Below are positions 25,143 through 38,447 of a DNA stretch of 64,000 bases, in pieces. How positions within the stretch are numbered: the first letter of the stretch is position 1; each line of letters begins with the position of its first letter. Under the pieces are notes generated by a model that saw only the letters and a program-made list of their open reading frames with translations, was not told the origin of the DNA and made no database searches. The position numbers were made by a program, and so were the translations under genes. Source of the DNA: Bigelowiella natans CCMP2755 (lineage: Eukaryota; Protista; Cercozoa); contig ADNK01001514.1 of the NCBI GenBank assembly GCA_000320545.1, forward strand, positions 1 through 64,000, read 5' to 3'.

Positions 25143-26876
25143 ATGGCGGATCAGCAGGCACCCAAAAAAGACGAAGAGAAGGACGGTCAAAAGCATGATG
25201 AGCTCAACAACAATCTTCTCGGCGCGGCGCAGCACGGACAACTCGATGTATGTGGATGAATGATTTTACTTCACGAGTGTTAAACAGTACCAATATAAAT
25301 TGTATGCAAGTCAAATGTGTTCATGATCTTACTCTTCATGACCGATGTTTATTCTCTGTAACCAATTTTGTTGCTTTACGAGACGAAACTCGAGAAAACA
25401 GCAATTAATTAATTGGTCACATTGAATAAATTGATTCCCAGGAGCTCAAAAGACTTATTGCCGCCAACGCAGATCCTGCTTACCAGGTTTCCATCTTTTT
25501 TTTTATCGTCGACTAGTAGAATGGCGGTGGAGTACCGATAACAAATTACATGCAGTGATACATCTAAAAGGAAATCTTTTCATTTGTTATCATCATGCTG
25601 AACATCAGGAAAAGGAACAAGGGATCAGCGCTATGATGGCAGCTGCGGTGGGGGGTCACTGCGAAGGTAAGCAACAGACAATTTCTACCATTCTATTTTG
25701 GATTTCCGATCCACAACGCCATGGTTTTGCATTGCGTTCATTGTATTTGAACAACTTCGACAGTTATTCATGAACTACTTTGCAATGGGGCTCCCTGGAA
25801 TGCCGTTGATAAACATGGCCGCAGCGCAGGTAATTACGCCTTAAAGGCAGGCCATCAGAAAGCTGTTGACCAAATTGTGAACGCTGGTGTCACGGCGGAG
25901 CTTATATTTGCACAGCTGGGAAAGAATCAGCGAAAAGGACAGGGTAAGGAATGGAGAAGTTAAGAAGAATCTCAAAATAAGCACACAAACCGCACATGCA
26001 GCCGAATATAAGTCGTCGAATTTGCCATCGCCAGATAATCAATTCGTACATACAATTATATTTACTACTCCTTCTTCAATCTCTGCTGCAGGTATTGGGA
26101 GCAGTGAAAAAGCGAACAAGGAGAGCAAAGAATATATCGATCGCAACGTCCGTTATAGCCAAGGGAAGCTGCTTGATGAGTCTGAGGACGCTGTGATGAT
26201 GAAGTGGGAAACTCCTTTGATGGAGGCTCATGCTAAGGTACTCTGTCCCAAGGAGGGTCTCGACGTGCTCAACATCGGTTTCGGGATGGGAATCGTGGAT
26301 ACAGCCCTGCAGAAGTTCAAACCCAAGAGCCACACCATCGTCGAAGTCCATGGTGGTGTGCTCAAGAAGATATATGCCGACGGCTGGGATAAGAAACCAG
26401 GAGTCATCGTAGTCCCTGGTCGCTGGCAGGACGTCATGCACGAGCTTGGGACCTACGATGCGATCTTCTTTGATACGTACGGTGAGTACTACGACGATAT
26501 GCGCGAGTTCCACTCCTGGCTGCCCAAGATCCTGAGGGAAGGAGGTATCTACAGCTTCTTTAACGGGTTTTGCCCCGATAACATCATCTTCCAGGGGGTG
26601 ATGTGCCAGGTCTTGCAACAAGAGCTTGCTCTGCAGAACATTGCCGTTGAGTTTCAGCAGTGCGACATCGATATCGATGAGAAGGATTGGGAGGGGGTCA
26701 AGCGCAAGTACTTTTGGAGTAATACATACTACCTTCCTATTGGTAGGAAAGCATCTACTGCGTCAAAGGAAGAGGCCCACTCATCAAGTGATAACTCCAA
26801 TCGCCGCATGAGCATAGAAGAGGCAGCTCATGGTGAGACCGGCGATGTTAAGGAAGATAGCTCCAGCATTGATTAA
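25143..26876 (+). CDS. RMT2: Protein arginine N-methyltransferase 2 (ankyrin + RMT2/GAMT-type SAM-dependent methyltransferase)
   Basis: Exons approximately 25143-25247, 25442-25486, 25609-25666, 25764-25943 and 26092-26876. Ankyrin segment LLCNGAPWNAVDKHGRSAGNYA; RMT2 motifs AVMMKWETPLMEAHA, VLNIGFGMGIVD, GRWQDV, YDAIFFDTYGE, GIYSFFNG and W.GVKRKYF. Confidence 0.93.
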
Positions 26877-26949
26877 AAGAGGAATTGAAGTAGCTTTCCT
26901 TGCAGTCCATGTGTGAAATAACAGCCACAAAGACAAGGACGGGCCGGGA

Positions 26950-28050
26950 CTGGCATGCACCGTGCACCTAAGCGCATCATCGGGTTCTCTGTCTACGCAC
27001 GTGGTTACGTCGAGCTCATCATTATGATCATGAGAACTGGCTGTCAGTCATTTCCGAGCAGGGATGACATCAGCACATCAAGACATTTCAATCGCTGTGG
27101 CAACCTAGCAACAGACTAATAGACATGGAACCAGACACATGTGTATGTGTGTTAGATTCCTTGTCGGCGCGGTGCATAGTACACGGTGCATGCCATGTAG
27201 CTTGTACGTGCAGTGCACACCACATCTGTTGCGTCTACTGTTTGCAGTGCAATTCAAATTTGACAGATGCACAATATTTTCTTGTCAAGGCTAGAATGGC
27301 GTCTCACATCGCTACGTGCATGCACACACTAGACATGCTAGCATGGTAGTAGCGTGTGGCTGACATGACATGATCCAGACTAGCTAGCTAGCAAATGATC
27401 GGCGGAGATTAAATGTTTGATGTCACGCATCTGTGCACAGCCTAGACTACAAGACAGCTGACAGCGAGTGAGTCTAGGGCGTGCTGCGGCTGGCACAGTC
27501 TACAGTCTAGCAGTGCAGCGCGTCGTGCTGTGCTAGCAGCGTGCATTATAAATTGCCATTAGCATGCCGCTGCAAGGCCAGCTAGCCAAACAGTGTGTGC
27601 GCATGCTAGCTAGCTAGCTAGCATGAGACGGCTAACAGACAGATGTGCAATGATTGTGATTGAATCTTTTCAATCGCCATCTTCACTTCATGATGTAGCT
27701 GCATGCTAGCATGTGCGTGCTTGTGTGTGTCATGTGTATGCGTAGTGTGTTTGTGTGTGTGCATTTGAATTCTCCATCTGCATGCACGTGCGCACAGCTA
27801 GACAGCCGCATCGATTTCACTCATTGCAAACCGCAACTTTGCAAATGATGGACGACATGCAATGTGACACATCTAGACATGTGCACATGTGTACACATGT
27901 ACATGTACACACATCGTTACTGTGTCTATCATGCAAAGGCTGGGACTAGTGACATGGTGGAATTGCACAGTCCGTTCAGACCCAATTCATCCTGTGCGCT
28001 GGCACTCCATCTAGCTAGAGGCCTGCTGTGCCCATCACGTTTGCATGTTC
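26950..28050. other. CTAG/TGCA/CATG-rich tract in convergent spacer (RMT2 + / Sec7 -)
   Basis: Words such as gctagctagctagc and catgtgcacatgtgtacacatgtacatgtacac. No credible ORF. Confidence 0.8.
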
Positions 28051-28051
28051 A

Positions 28052-28419
28052 TTATGTTGCTCAAATACAGCCGCAACAAGTTGTCAATGAAGTAATCAGC
28101 ATCGTTTATTATCGGTTTATTATTAGAAGACCTGGTAACAAGTAGTTTTTCAGTAAGTCCCACGCTAATTCGTTTGTTCTGAATGCTCATTTCTGTGTTG
28201 CACAAAGCAACGTTTGTTGTTTTGATGTCCTATGACTGATTGTACGTCCACGTTTACCTCCTGTAATCCGTATCTAGATGACACAATCTTTCGGAGGATT
28301 AAACGTTATGTGTTGATAATAGAAACTACTTGTTACCAGGTCTTCTAATAATAAACCGATAATAAACGATGCTGACTACTTCATTGACAACTTGTTGCGG
28401 CTGTATTTGAGCAACATAA
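28052..28419. repeat. 97-bp inverted repeat (arms 28052-28148 and 28323-28419, one mismatch) with 174-bp spacer
   Basis: The left arm ttatgttgctcaaatacag...ggtaacaagtagttt equals the reverse complement of the right arm except agtaatc vs agtagtc. The same peptide YVAQIQPQQVVNEV appears on both strands in the ORF track. Confidence 0.95.
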
Positions 28420-28527
28420 GACATAATGGATAATGAGTCAAAGCCAGTAAGACTAGATACATTAGAATACGGTTCTGTAGTGTAGCCTCGCCATGAATGC
28501 CGACTAAAAATCTCTAATTTCAATTAA

Positions 28528-28974
28528 CTACTTCAAGTGTACGTCCCCTGGAAACTGGTTCCTGATGCTAAGACGTTGGGTCGCGATCTACGATAGAATT
28601 TACGCACTAATCGTTATGCTGCCATAGATAAACGAGGAGATTGACCAGGGAAAGAGACAAAAGCATAAACATGACATACTAACTTAATACTCGTTGTACT
28701 TGCATATCACGCTGCGCTACCACCACACGAATGTTTACTACATCATTTCTGCGCCAGCCCTGGAAGAAAAGTATCCAGTAGTTGTGGTGATGTTCATAGT
28801 CGACATCATCTAAACAGGAAAAAAATGGGTCAGTATTGTTCGTGTAAGTACTACCTATCAGTATCGTTACCAACAAGAAGCTCATAGAGACATACTGCAC
28901 ATGATTCTTCTCACAATTAGTAAAATATACAAATTTTACATGACTATAAGCAATTTGCCCCCATCCTCATCCTC

Positions 28975-29019
<45 letters not shown>

Positions 29020-32000
29020 TCTAGTACTTACCGTGGTGCCCGGGATATCACCCTTGATCACACCGTAGCAACAGTCACAAACACGAGCCTAGTGCGAGGA
29101 GGGAGGGATGGAAAGAAAATATGATGATGATGATCCGCCATCATGCTATCGATGTGGCAAAATGATTATCCCTTCGTGTTCAGCACCCTCTTTTGACTTT
29201 GACGGATGTACCTTGACCCCTCGAATATGGAGGGAGTGGGAGGCGCACTTTCGGCAGATTATGTCTCCACACACGCCGCAAATTGCCCCCTTACATATAT
29301 ATGATGAAAATAATCAACACCAGAAAGCAAGAACTAAATAACCCCTCTCCATGAAGCCAAAACTGAAACGGGCAAACAGTGCTAGGGGGTTGAGGGGGAT
29401 TTATTGTCACATGGCTTCCTCGTTCCTCTCTTTATTTCTATAAATTATTCTTCATTATCCTCAGCACAACTCTGGCTGTAAGAAAGATACATACATTTGG
29501 CGGAGGGGCTCCTCCTCCAGTACTCTCCATTCCATTCCCTGCTGTTGTTCCTGTCGTTCTCCTCCTCCACCGGCTTTTCGAATGCACTCGAATACACAAC
29601 TTACACACCCACGCGCTCCTCTTGTGGTAGTCCTGCAAGGACGCCATATCCCGCACCTAACGACAATGATGCAGATAATTATAATGATAATGATGATGAT
29701 GATGATGATGACGATGAAGACGATGATGGTAGATGATGATGATAGGTATGATTGTGTCCAGCTGATAAATAGTTATACTTTGAGTTGAGCATTTAAGATT
29801 TAGGTCCCACTGCTACCACCATCGCCATTATACTGCTACCACCACTACCACTACGACGAATACTACTACTACTACAACTCTACGTTGAAGAAACTCGAGG
29901 TGATCTCTGGATCCGTTTCGTACTCGCTGCTACTGGTGTGGTTTTTCGGATCAAACGGGGCGCTAAGGGTTGCTGATGCCCGGCCGGACTCACAGCCTCC
30001 TGCCAATATTTACAAATACATCAACCAATAAAGCAACCAATCATGCCATCTGTACAGTGAAGCAACGTTCGCTTACACTGCAGAGTAGTATTAGTACTAG
30101 TACTCATAGTAATAGTAGTAGCAGTTGTAACAGTATGGAGGAAGAAGTGAGAAAGAGGTCCAGATACACGTACCTGACTTAAGTTGCATTGCATGCTGAA
30201 AGTGAGCCTACGACGATTGGAAGGGGGGATAGAAGAAATGAGTTCCGGCATTTATGCATTGAAAAATGCACGTACGCACCCACAAAAACACGTACAAATG
30301 TTCAGAAAACTCTGTATATTCATATATTTCTAATGGTGATGATGATGCGTTATTGCTATCGTTATAACACGCATAGTGGTGTTTATTTGATCAAATCGTT
30401 AGCATCGAACGAGTAGTGTTGAGGCATTCAATATCCATATGAAAGACCTGTCGTTGCTTTTCTATTAAATGCTCCATCTTCCGCATCCACTCATGCTGTT
30501 AAAAGATTAATGCATAAGCGAGGTATAGTACTGTAGCAGTGATCGAGCGCGTTGTTCGTCGAGATTCAGTGGCATTGGCGAGATGGGAAAGAATGAATAA
30601 GCAAAGGAGAGCAAAGAGAATTTTTCGAAGCAGTGCCGACCTTCATCTGAGGATTGGAGTACTCAATGATGAACGATTTCTGAGGGCTTATCTAACAAGA
30701 GGGATTATGATTATGATGTTGATGATGATGATGACAATGATGATAATGGTGATAAGCAGCTTTCGGTAAAGACGTCACCCACTAGAGAAGGAGTAGTGAG
30801 ACGATCATACGACGTAAATGCTCGACGATGTCATGTAGCGTAGCGAAGAGGTAGCGATTATATGGTAGTAGCCCTACTACCGCATTTAGAATCAACGATA
30901 CCAGCGAGGGTTTTCTCAAGTGCGATTTCACGTTTTAATGATGTGCTATTCATTCACCCATTCCTCTACATACATCTCTCTCTCTCTTCCTTAAAACGAA
31001 CTATTCCTCAACGTGTCTTGACCGCGACTCTCTTTCCTCATTAAATCATACCAGTTGGTGTCTTATGGGGTCTTCGTATCCAACACCATCACTGTCGATG
31101 AGGATATTTTTCACTGTAGCGAGGGAGAGGTGCAACGTTTGATGCACCTAAAGGAAAATGGCAATATCGCCGTAAGTGTGAAGTTTGATATTCTTTTTTG
31201 GCATGATAAAGCACCTTATAGTGAGGCAAAGAACCGGCTGCATAAATGAGAAGGTCGTTGAACAAAAAGAACCTAGGTGCGTACATGTTGAATGAACTAT
31301 CATTAGAGTACCCCCTTCATTTACATGCTACTTCTTCTTCCGCTTTGAGCAAACTAGTCAATATATTATTATCGTTCTTATTATTTTCATCATCATCATT
31401 ACGTGTAAGTCTTTCGCTGGCCTTGTGCAGCAGATATTTTCACAAGTCTTGCGGACTATAATAAACACCCAATGAGCAATTAATAAGGGCAGGCAAGATA
31501 ATACAATGGTAAAAGAGAAGAAGAGAGTGAAAAAAAATTAAGTACGCAATCAAGAAGAAGAGGATAATAATGACGATAACGATGCTCAATCTTATAGATA
31601 AAATTATCTCAAAACTATATTATTTAGAAGGGCTTTTTCAGCAAACCTTGATAAAAGTGCGCTTGGAGCTGATGAGAAATATCTTGTGACCTGGAGAAGG
31701 AAGAAAGAGAAACCATTAAGTTTCCATTATCAGACTCATACAGAGAAAACTAGCTGTAGAATGTCACACCGAAGAAAGATTGTAGCAGCTTAAGTGTTTC
31801 TATCTGCTTCCGTTGACGCACTTTTGACTTGCAATTTGAGACTTCGAGCAATATCTGAGGAGGAGATGAGGAAAGAAGTGGGAGGGAACAATGTCCATTT
31901 CTCACTTACTCGCGAGAACAAGGCAATAAAAGCATGGATAGTACCTGCTTGATGGCTTTTGTACGTTTTTGCAGTTCCTTGGACCCATCTCGATGGTATG

Positions 32001-32521
32001 TCCGCACATGTTTAAACCACGTTTGACGATGAAGATGTTCTTGCCGGAGTAATCTGCCATGGTGGCAATAGTTGTTATTGTAGTAGTAGTAGTTGTAGTT
32101 GTTGTAGTAATAGTGTAATAGTAGTAATAGGTGAGGATAATAAAAGCATGCTCCCGTACACATACTTACTACACCTTACACAGCTTTTCATTATCATTAT
32201 CTTCTTGTTCCTCCTCCCACCCCTACTCTTATTAAATTTTAACGATTGCTTTGTCTTCTCACCGTTCCTTAAGAGTGCGCCCTTTCAGGTGCCTCTTCGT
32301 GGCTCTTCTAGAACTCATTTTAGCATCAGGTTGCTGCTTGGACATCTCGTTCTCAACGAAAGTGCGCTCTGCTAGCAGCTCCAGGAAGCCTTGAAACTCG
32401 GTATCGAGTCCAGTCATCGTTGCTAGTGTATTTTTACGATTTGTTTTAAAGGCGACTGAAGATGGATGATTCAAATCGTGCTATGCCTCATCCAAAACTT
32501 ACATTTTCTTCCCTGACATTC

Positions 32522-32610
<89 letters not shown>

Positions 32611-32966
32611 CTAGGTACCGAGCAGCAGGCCATGAGCGAGGATATCCAAACACATGTGCGATGAATCCATTCTATCTGAACCGTGGATAATGCCTGAAAC
32701 ATCATCGCCATATTCGTCATCGCTATTAAACCATCACAATTACTGATTCTGATAAAAATAATGTACAGTTGACGGCCCGCCATAGCTGTCCGTATATCTC
32801 TTCAAAAACGATCTTTGCTAGTGACTGTTTATGCCTGAGAGGAAGCTTGTCCACTCCCCACCAAATCTGTCAATTGCAAATGCAACATCCATGTTGATTT
32901 TGATCATATTCCCACACGGACACCAAAAATTTCCTAAAGCTGTAACCGCTTTCACTACTACCACTG

Positions 32967-33000
<34 letters not shown>

Positions 33001-36000
33001 AAATGCTACTTCACTATAGAACCCATACCTTAAGCTTTGGCAATTTGAAGCATCTTAAGCGTCCTCGTAATTGCCGCGTAGATCTCAGCGCGACTGCCAT
33101 TCGATTGTCCAGGCCGCTGGACCCTATTTAAGTAAAACGTTCGGAATGAACAAAGGCCACAAGAGCCTCTTTCTATGTTAACATTTTATTGTGTTAGAAG
33201 TCATCATCACCACTATCATCTATGATACATGCTACTTCACATACCGCCGAGATTTTTTATCTCCGTGGAAGCTATGTCTCTGTATTGGCGCATGAGGAAA
33301 GAGAATGGGAAGTCTCCTTTCCCTCCCCCCTTTTTCTCCTTCATGTCGTCCGGAGTAGCCGATCTACTGCTAGATTGCTGCTCGAGCAATAACTTTTTGA
33401 AAGGAGGTGGTGGTAAAAGTTGTTGATATGCTTGTTCATCTCTAAGATTCGGAGCTGTATTGGCATCTCTAAGGTAACTTGCAAGATCTTCTGCCTTAGG
33501 GGGGGCCTGCTGCTTTCGTGCGGACTTATTCCACAACCCAGTATGGACCGCCATGAGCATCTGGGATAACGTGTTCGCAGCATCGATGCTCCTCACCTTA
33601 CAGAATAGAATGGGAAAATGGCGATGAGAGGGAAGTTGGGATATTCGTTGTTACTCTGTACTTTTTGTGATGAATGATCATCATGGTTGCTATTATTTCT
33701 CTGTTATTATTTCTTCCAGTGATACCGGGCTGTTCGGGTTATCCCTTCTGTAGATTATGGAAAAGAGGTCCAGCAGACGGAGGACCTTCGCCGACTCTAA
33801 ATTTATCATTAGAAAGCCACTATCCCCAGAGAACAACCGGAGTGCCTGATGCAAAAATTAGATAAATGTCCCAGGAAAGAATGAACAAACAAAAAACGAC
33901 CAACGAAATATAGAACAAAACTAGATGTTTGAAGGTGGTGCTGGTGTCGGTTGAGTTCACAAAATATAGAAACCTGCACAAAATCGAGATTTCTAAGATC
34001 AATTCGGTCAGCATAGCACAGTCTCAAATTGGTGTGGAACCAGTCGTCTTTGCTGCCTAAAAATCTGAAATTTATACAATATGTGAGGTGTGGGGAGTGA
34101 ACGAAGGGGACCTGGCATCAACCATCTCTTATCGCAATCAATCTCACAACATATTACATACTCGGCAAGATGGTCTTTGCCAAAGTAACGGCCTGATCGA
34201 TGTGCGTTATTGAAGAGAAAGTCGGCGATAAAACGCGGATCTGATATTCCATTCTCGAAGAGATACTTGACACAGTCTTTTACAGCCCGGCCCGCCTTCT
34301 CTCTAATGTGCTCATCATCAGAATGCCGATTTGAGTAGATCTCCTTGGCCTTTAGCAAGGCTTTATCAAATATCTTTTGTCGTGTGCGGCGAAGTGTTAG
34401 TAGTTTGTCGGGGGAGGAGGAAAACGGGAGGGCAGACGGTGCTGGGATGGGTATAGAAGTCCTTCTGCTACTTTGGTGATGTGTTGTCTTGGTCGTTGCT
34501 CCCTTTGAATCATCACCATTTGTCAGTGATGTTTGTTTGTGATCGTTACCACCATCAACTTCGCCGCTTGCTGCTGCTGCTCTTACCCCTCTCGCTTCAG
34601 TCTTAAAAGAGACGTCGCCGTTTTCGTTGTTCTCGTACACGACGTGCTTAACGCGAGATTGGAGTAGCGTTCCTTCTCTTTCCTCTCCCTCGCCATTCTT
34701 GCTGAGCCTCATTGTCCCCTTCGGTGATACCACAGAGAGCTTAATTTTGAAGCCGTTGCGCTGGTGAATATCACTCTTCCCTTGCTGCTGTTTTGTCAAA
34801 ACCTCAGTTCCCATACCCGTGGCAGCTGCCGCCTCCATCTCCAATAACATCCGCTGCCTCGGTGATCGATGTAGCTGAAATTGCTTCGGGGCCACATTGA
34901 AGTCCTCCAGACTCGTATTATCTCTACCACCGTTTGCAGTGATGATACTGTTCAGTGTCGGATTCGAGCCTATCGCAACATCCTCCTCTTCATCCGCAGG
35001 TACTGCAATCTTGATCAGTTTTTTCTTCTTCTTATGATGCTCTCTGTAAGATATGGAAGGTGGTTTGGGTAATGAGAGACGGTCTCCGACAGCATCTCGG
35101 TTGATGATAAGGCCTCCGACCCGTAAAGCCTGTCGGGAGATCTCTCTCAGACATTCAAGAGCAAGCTTCTGTAACTGCGGTGACTCTGCGTCGGGTACGG
35201 GGGATTCGTCTAAAGCAGCTTGTAATTCTGCCGCAGTAAGATGTTTGTTCCCAAACAACCTCTGAGCACCGTCCTCGCAACGGATCTTATTGGCGGAGGA
35301 AATCGATCCAGCAGCAGAGGAGGGACCACCAACTGCTTGTCCCGACACGCCCGACACCGAATGTTGCGACGGCGACGGGCCTAACCTTTCTGAGAGGCTC
35401 ATTTTCTTTCTGGAAGGGGACGCGCCTCCCGTTTTTGACGCGTGTTTCTCGTCCATCCCCTCCATTGCTGTCTTGATGCATGCCTCCATGATGTTCGAGA
35501 GCACGCCTGTCAGCAAACTGAAGGCTGGCGATGATTCGCTTGCAGTAGAGGTATCAATATCATAGTTGTAAAAGAGTCCCATAGCCTCGGTGTCAGAGTG
35601 TTTGAGAATATCCAGAAGCAGAGAAAGCAAGACAATTCGTGTTCCCACTATCTCATCTGGGTTACATATTCGAGGGATGATGCCTTCGTTGAGTACAACA
35701 GCGACCTCGCTCTTGGCAATATGACGATAATTGGTGTAGATCACCCGAAACAAGTCGGCAGCAGCACCTGTAAGTGTCATTGGAAGGGGTTCCATCACAA
35801 AGAGCGGAGAAAGAGTTGGCAGGATAGCTGTGCGAAACAGCTGTGCTTGTTGTTCCGTAGATTCGGTAAAGATAGGGCATCCTGCATCCAATATACGCGC
35901 TAGGGCTCTGACGCAACATGTGGCTTTCAACCTCTCTCCTGAATCCCACAATTCACAATAGCTGCCATTTAAACTGCCAGTAACACCACCCGTTCCTGTT

Positions 36001-38447
36001 GAAAAAACCTTACTGACCCCCCCCGCTGCGAATTCTGCGCAGGTGGCCGTGTGCTTTGCCAGACAGATGGCTATAGCAGTAAGTAGCTTCTCATCTTCGA
36101 TCTCTAATTTCGTTCTACTTTGGTTACCGAGTTTCTTTAAATTACCGTCTATCCTGGTGTCTCCTACAGTCCTCCTGCCCCGTGCAAAAGCCTCATCAAC
36201 AACATTAGAGGCAGCGTCGCAAAATGCGTACGTGCATGCGTCGTGACCAGATAAAAATCGCTGATTCCATCGATGTGTGTCCACACTGGCGGTTGTGTTG
36301 CCTACAATATCAGCAACCACCTCGTTGTTTGGATCTCCACGTAACGACGACGATGACAATGATGACGATGACGACGATGTACGTGAAGACGATGAAGTTG
36401 TTGAATTTCGAGTGGTGTCCTCCCAGTTCCGAGTTTTGCTACCACAATGTTTCACGCATATATTGCAGATAGACTCGATAATACTGAAGAAGCCAGATTC
36501 GACTGTATCCTGCTTTCTGAGTGGATGAATGAGGAGCTCCTCCTTTCCTGATGCAAACGTAGTTCTCGTCACGCTCTCATGGTGATCTCGATTATGTTGG
36601 GCATTTCCTTTGTTGTCGTTCGCCTCTTGCGCGATGTCCCCTGGTTGATAGAGTTGATGTCGCTGCAAAAAAGCTTGTACCCAACCTCGCGGGCATCTTA
36701 TCCACACGCCTACTTGCTCTAGAGCTAAGACCTCATCACCTTGCTCAAGATAGTCGATTATATCGGCGTCAAAATCGGCTTCCCGTCGAATAGGGACCTG
36801 CAACCAGACCACCTTCCAAGTGTTCCCGTCACACACTTTCCCTCCCGGATTCAGCAGGAGTAACGACGCCATCGTCAGTCTCGTGCGGGTAGGAAGTGAA
36901 ACTTCTCCAGCTTTACACATGGCCAAATCTCCGGCAAGGCGGCCAGCGACCGTCCTTCCATGTGTGTTCAAGACTCCGATTAAATTAACTGCTTCAGAAG
37001 CTACTTTAGACGCAAACGCTTCCCGGTGTTCGAATGGAGCCTGGGCAGCTACACCAGCGCCAAACTTAAGGGCATGTAAGATCAGTGTTTCAGATGAGGT
37101 GAGCATCATCCCTGTAAATAAGGTCAGGAGGCTGCCCGCAGAGGCATCTTCATCATCTAGGGTAGGAAGATGAATTCCAACCCGACGCTGCTGCCATTCT
37201 TTGCTTTCGCTAGAACTGATCGTGTTTGATAGGCCACCAGCCCTAGCCCGACCGCCACGCTCTCTCTCAGCTTCTTCTACGGTTCGATCATGGTTTTTTT
37301 CATCGCCACCTCCGCCATTCCTACACTTCTTAGTGTTGTCGAAGGTATGATGATCGTTGCATGGAGACCTCCGGAGGAAATGACTTAGTGAGCGATAGAA
37401 GCACAGGCGGACTATAGTCTTAGTTCCAGATCCCTGGACACCAGCTGCATTGCTACAGTCGAGACGCCTTATGATATCATGCGCGTAAGTTGGTAGGCAT
37501 TCACGCGAGGGAGCCAGCAGCCCTATCCGTTCAATCCCAGGCGCACACAATCCTGAACGAGCGAAATAAACACACAGCGAGAGAGCCCCCCCCTCTGTTG
37601 TGTTACCTTGACCAGAGTTACCGCACTCATTTGTATCCACCCTCCAGTTATTCCTCTTTTCATCGGATCCTCCAGCACTCTTTTCCTTCGAGCCTGAAAA
37701 AACTCCTGTCTCGGAGGTCTCCACGACCTTCAGCGCTCCATGATGCCTCCGAGAGAGTGATAGAACATTTCGTTCTAGGAGGGGGGGTGGAGGCGATGAC
37801 GCAGAGGCTAACACGATTCCAGTGATAGCTCCCTTCCTAGCCCCGGCAGGAACCGCATCTGAGTAACGGATGGCGAGGGAGGCCTTCTTTGAACCACTTT
37901 CCCCGCCTTTCAGGGGTGCTTTTTCTGCGCCTGCTAGCGTGTTGGAGATGTATGTGTAGTCGCGCCACCGATTGTCGTGCTCACTGTTTCCGACCACGAG
38001 ACTGATCATTATACAGTAGAAATTTAGTATGATATACGTTGAAGCAATATGATTCATCGGAGAGGAACGACCCCCACATGAGAAAACACAATTACAACGT
38101 GTAATTTTCATTATCCTGAGCCTTCAACTTGGCATTGCTACCTAATATCTTCGATGAATCCCGTCGCCTGTCCCTTTTCTCCACTAACTGTTTCCGTTGC
38201 CCCAGGAGAATTTGCACGCACAGCAGGAAGGAAGGGGTCTCGTAGTCCTCGAGCCTTCCGACATGCATGAGTATGTATGTTCTCAGGATGTGAAAGTAAT
38301 CAGAGTACCAACAGAGTTACGGATAAATAATATGGATGTTATTCAGTACCTTTCGCTTGTATTTTCCGCTTTGTTTCTTTGAAACGACGCCTTCCGATCC
38401 CCAGGCACCATCACAGCTGGTTTCAAATTGAAATGCTGTACGCTCAT
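28528..38447 (-). CDS. Large Sec7-domain Arf guanine-nucleotide exchange factor (BIG/GBF-like) with N-terminal MABP-like and SH3b-like segments and a probable C-terminal FYVE-like finger
   Basis: A ~3.85-kb exon (~34161-38000) contains HUS-like LFYNYDID. The spliced Sec7 domain reads DHLAEFLGSKDDWFHTNLRLCYADRIDL...ALRLFSGDSGFLMINLESAKVLRLLDLFSIIYRRDNP...DAANTLSQMLMAVHTGLWN. Many small 3' exons follow. Putative start at 38447. The 3' end and the continuity with the FYVE-like exons are uncertain. Confidence 0.75.
29032..29632 (-). CDS. FYVE-like 8-Cys zinc finger exons
   Basis: Phase-consistent exons 29632-29495, 29381-29343, 29289-29212 and 29088-29032 give WVCKLC...GAICGVCGDIICRKCASHSLHIRGVK-ARVCDCC. 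Confidence 0.65.

Noticed and set aside
26076-26621. 181-aa antisense ORF within RMT2 (similar shadows lie in the GHKL and CCCH genes)
   Set aside because: Antisense shadow of codon-biased coding sequence.
28052-28419. Inverted repeat as a MITE or CRISPR-like element
   Set aside because: No target-site duplication, no transposase in the window, and no spaced direct repeats.
29476-29494. Possible 19-nt nucleomorph-style micro-intron GTATGTATCTTTCTTACAG (- strand)
   Set aside because: The downstream sequence looks intronic, and the longer intron to 29382 gives a phase-consistent FYVE-like reading.
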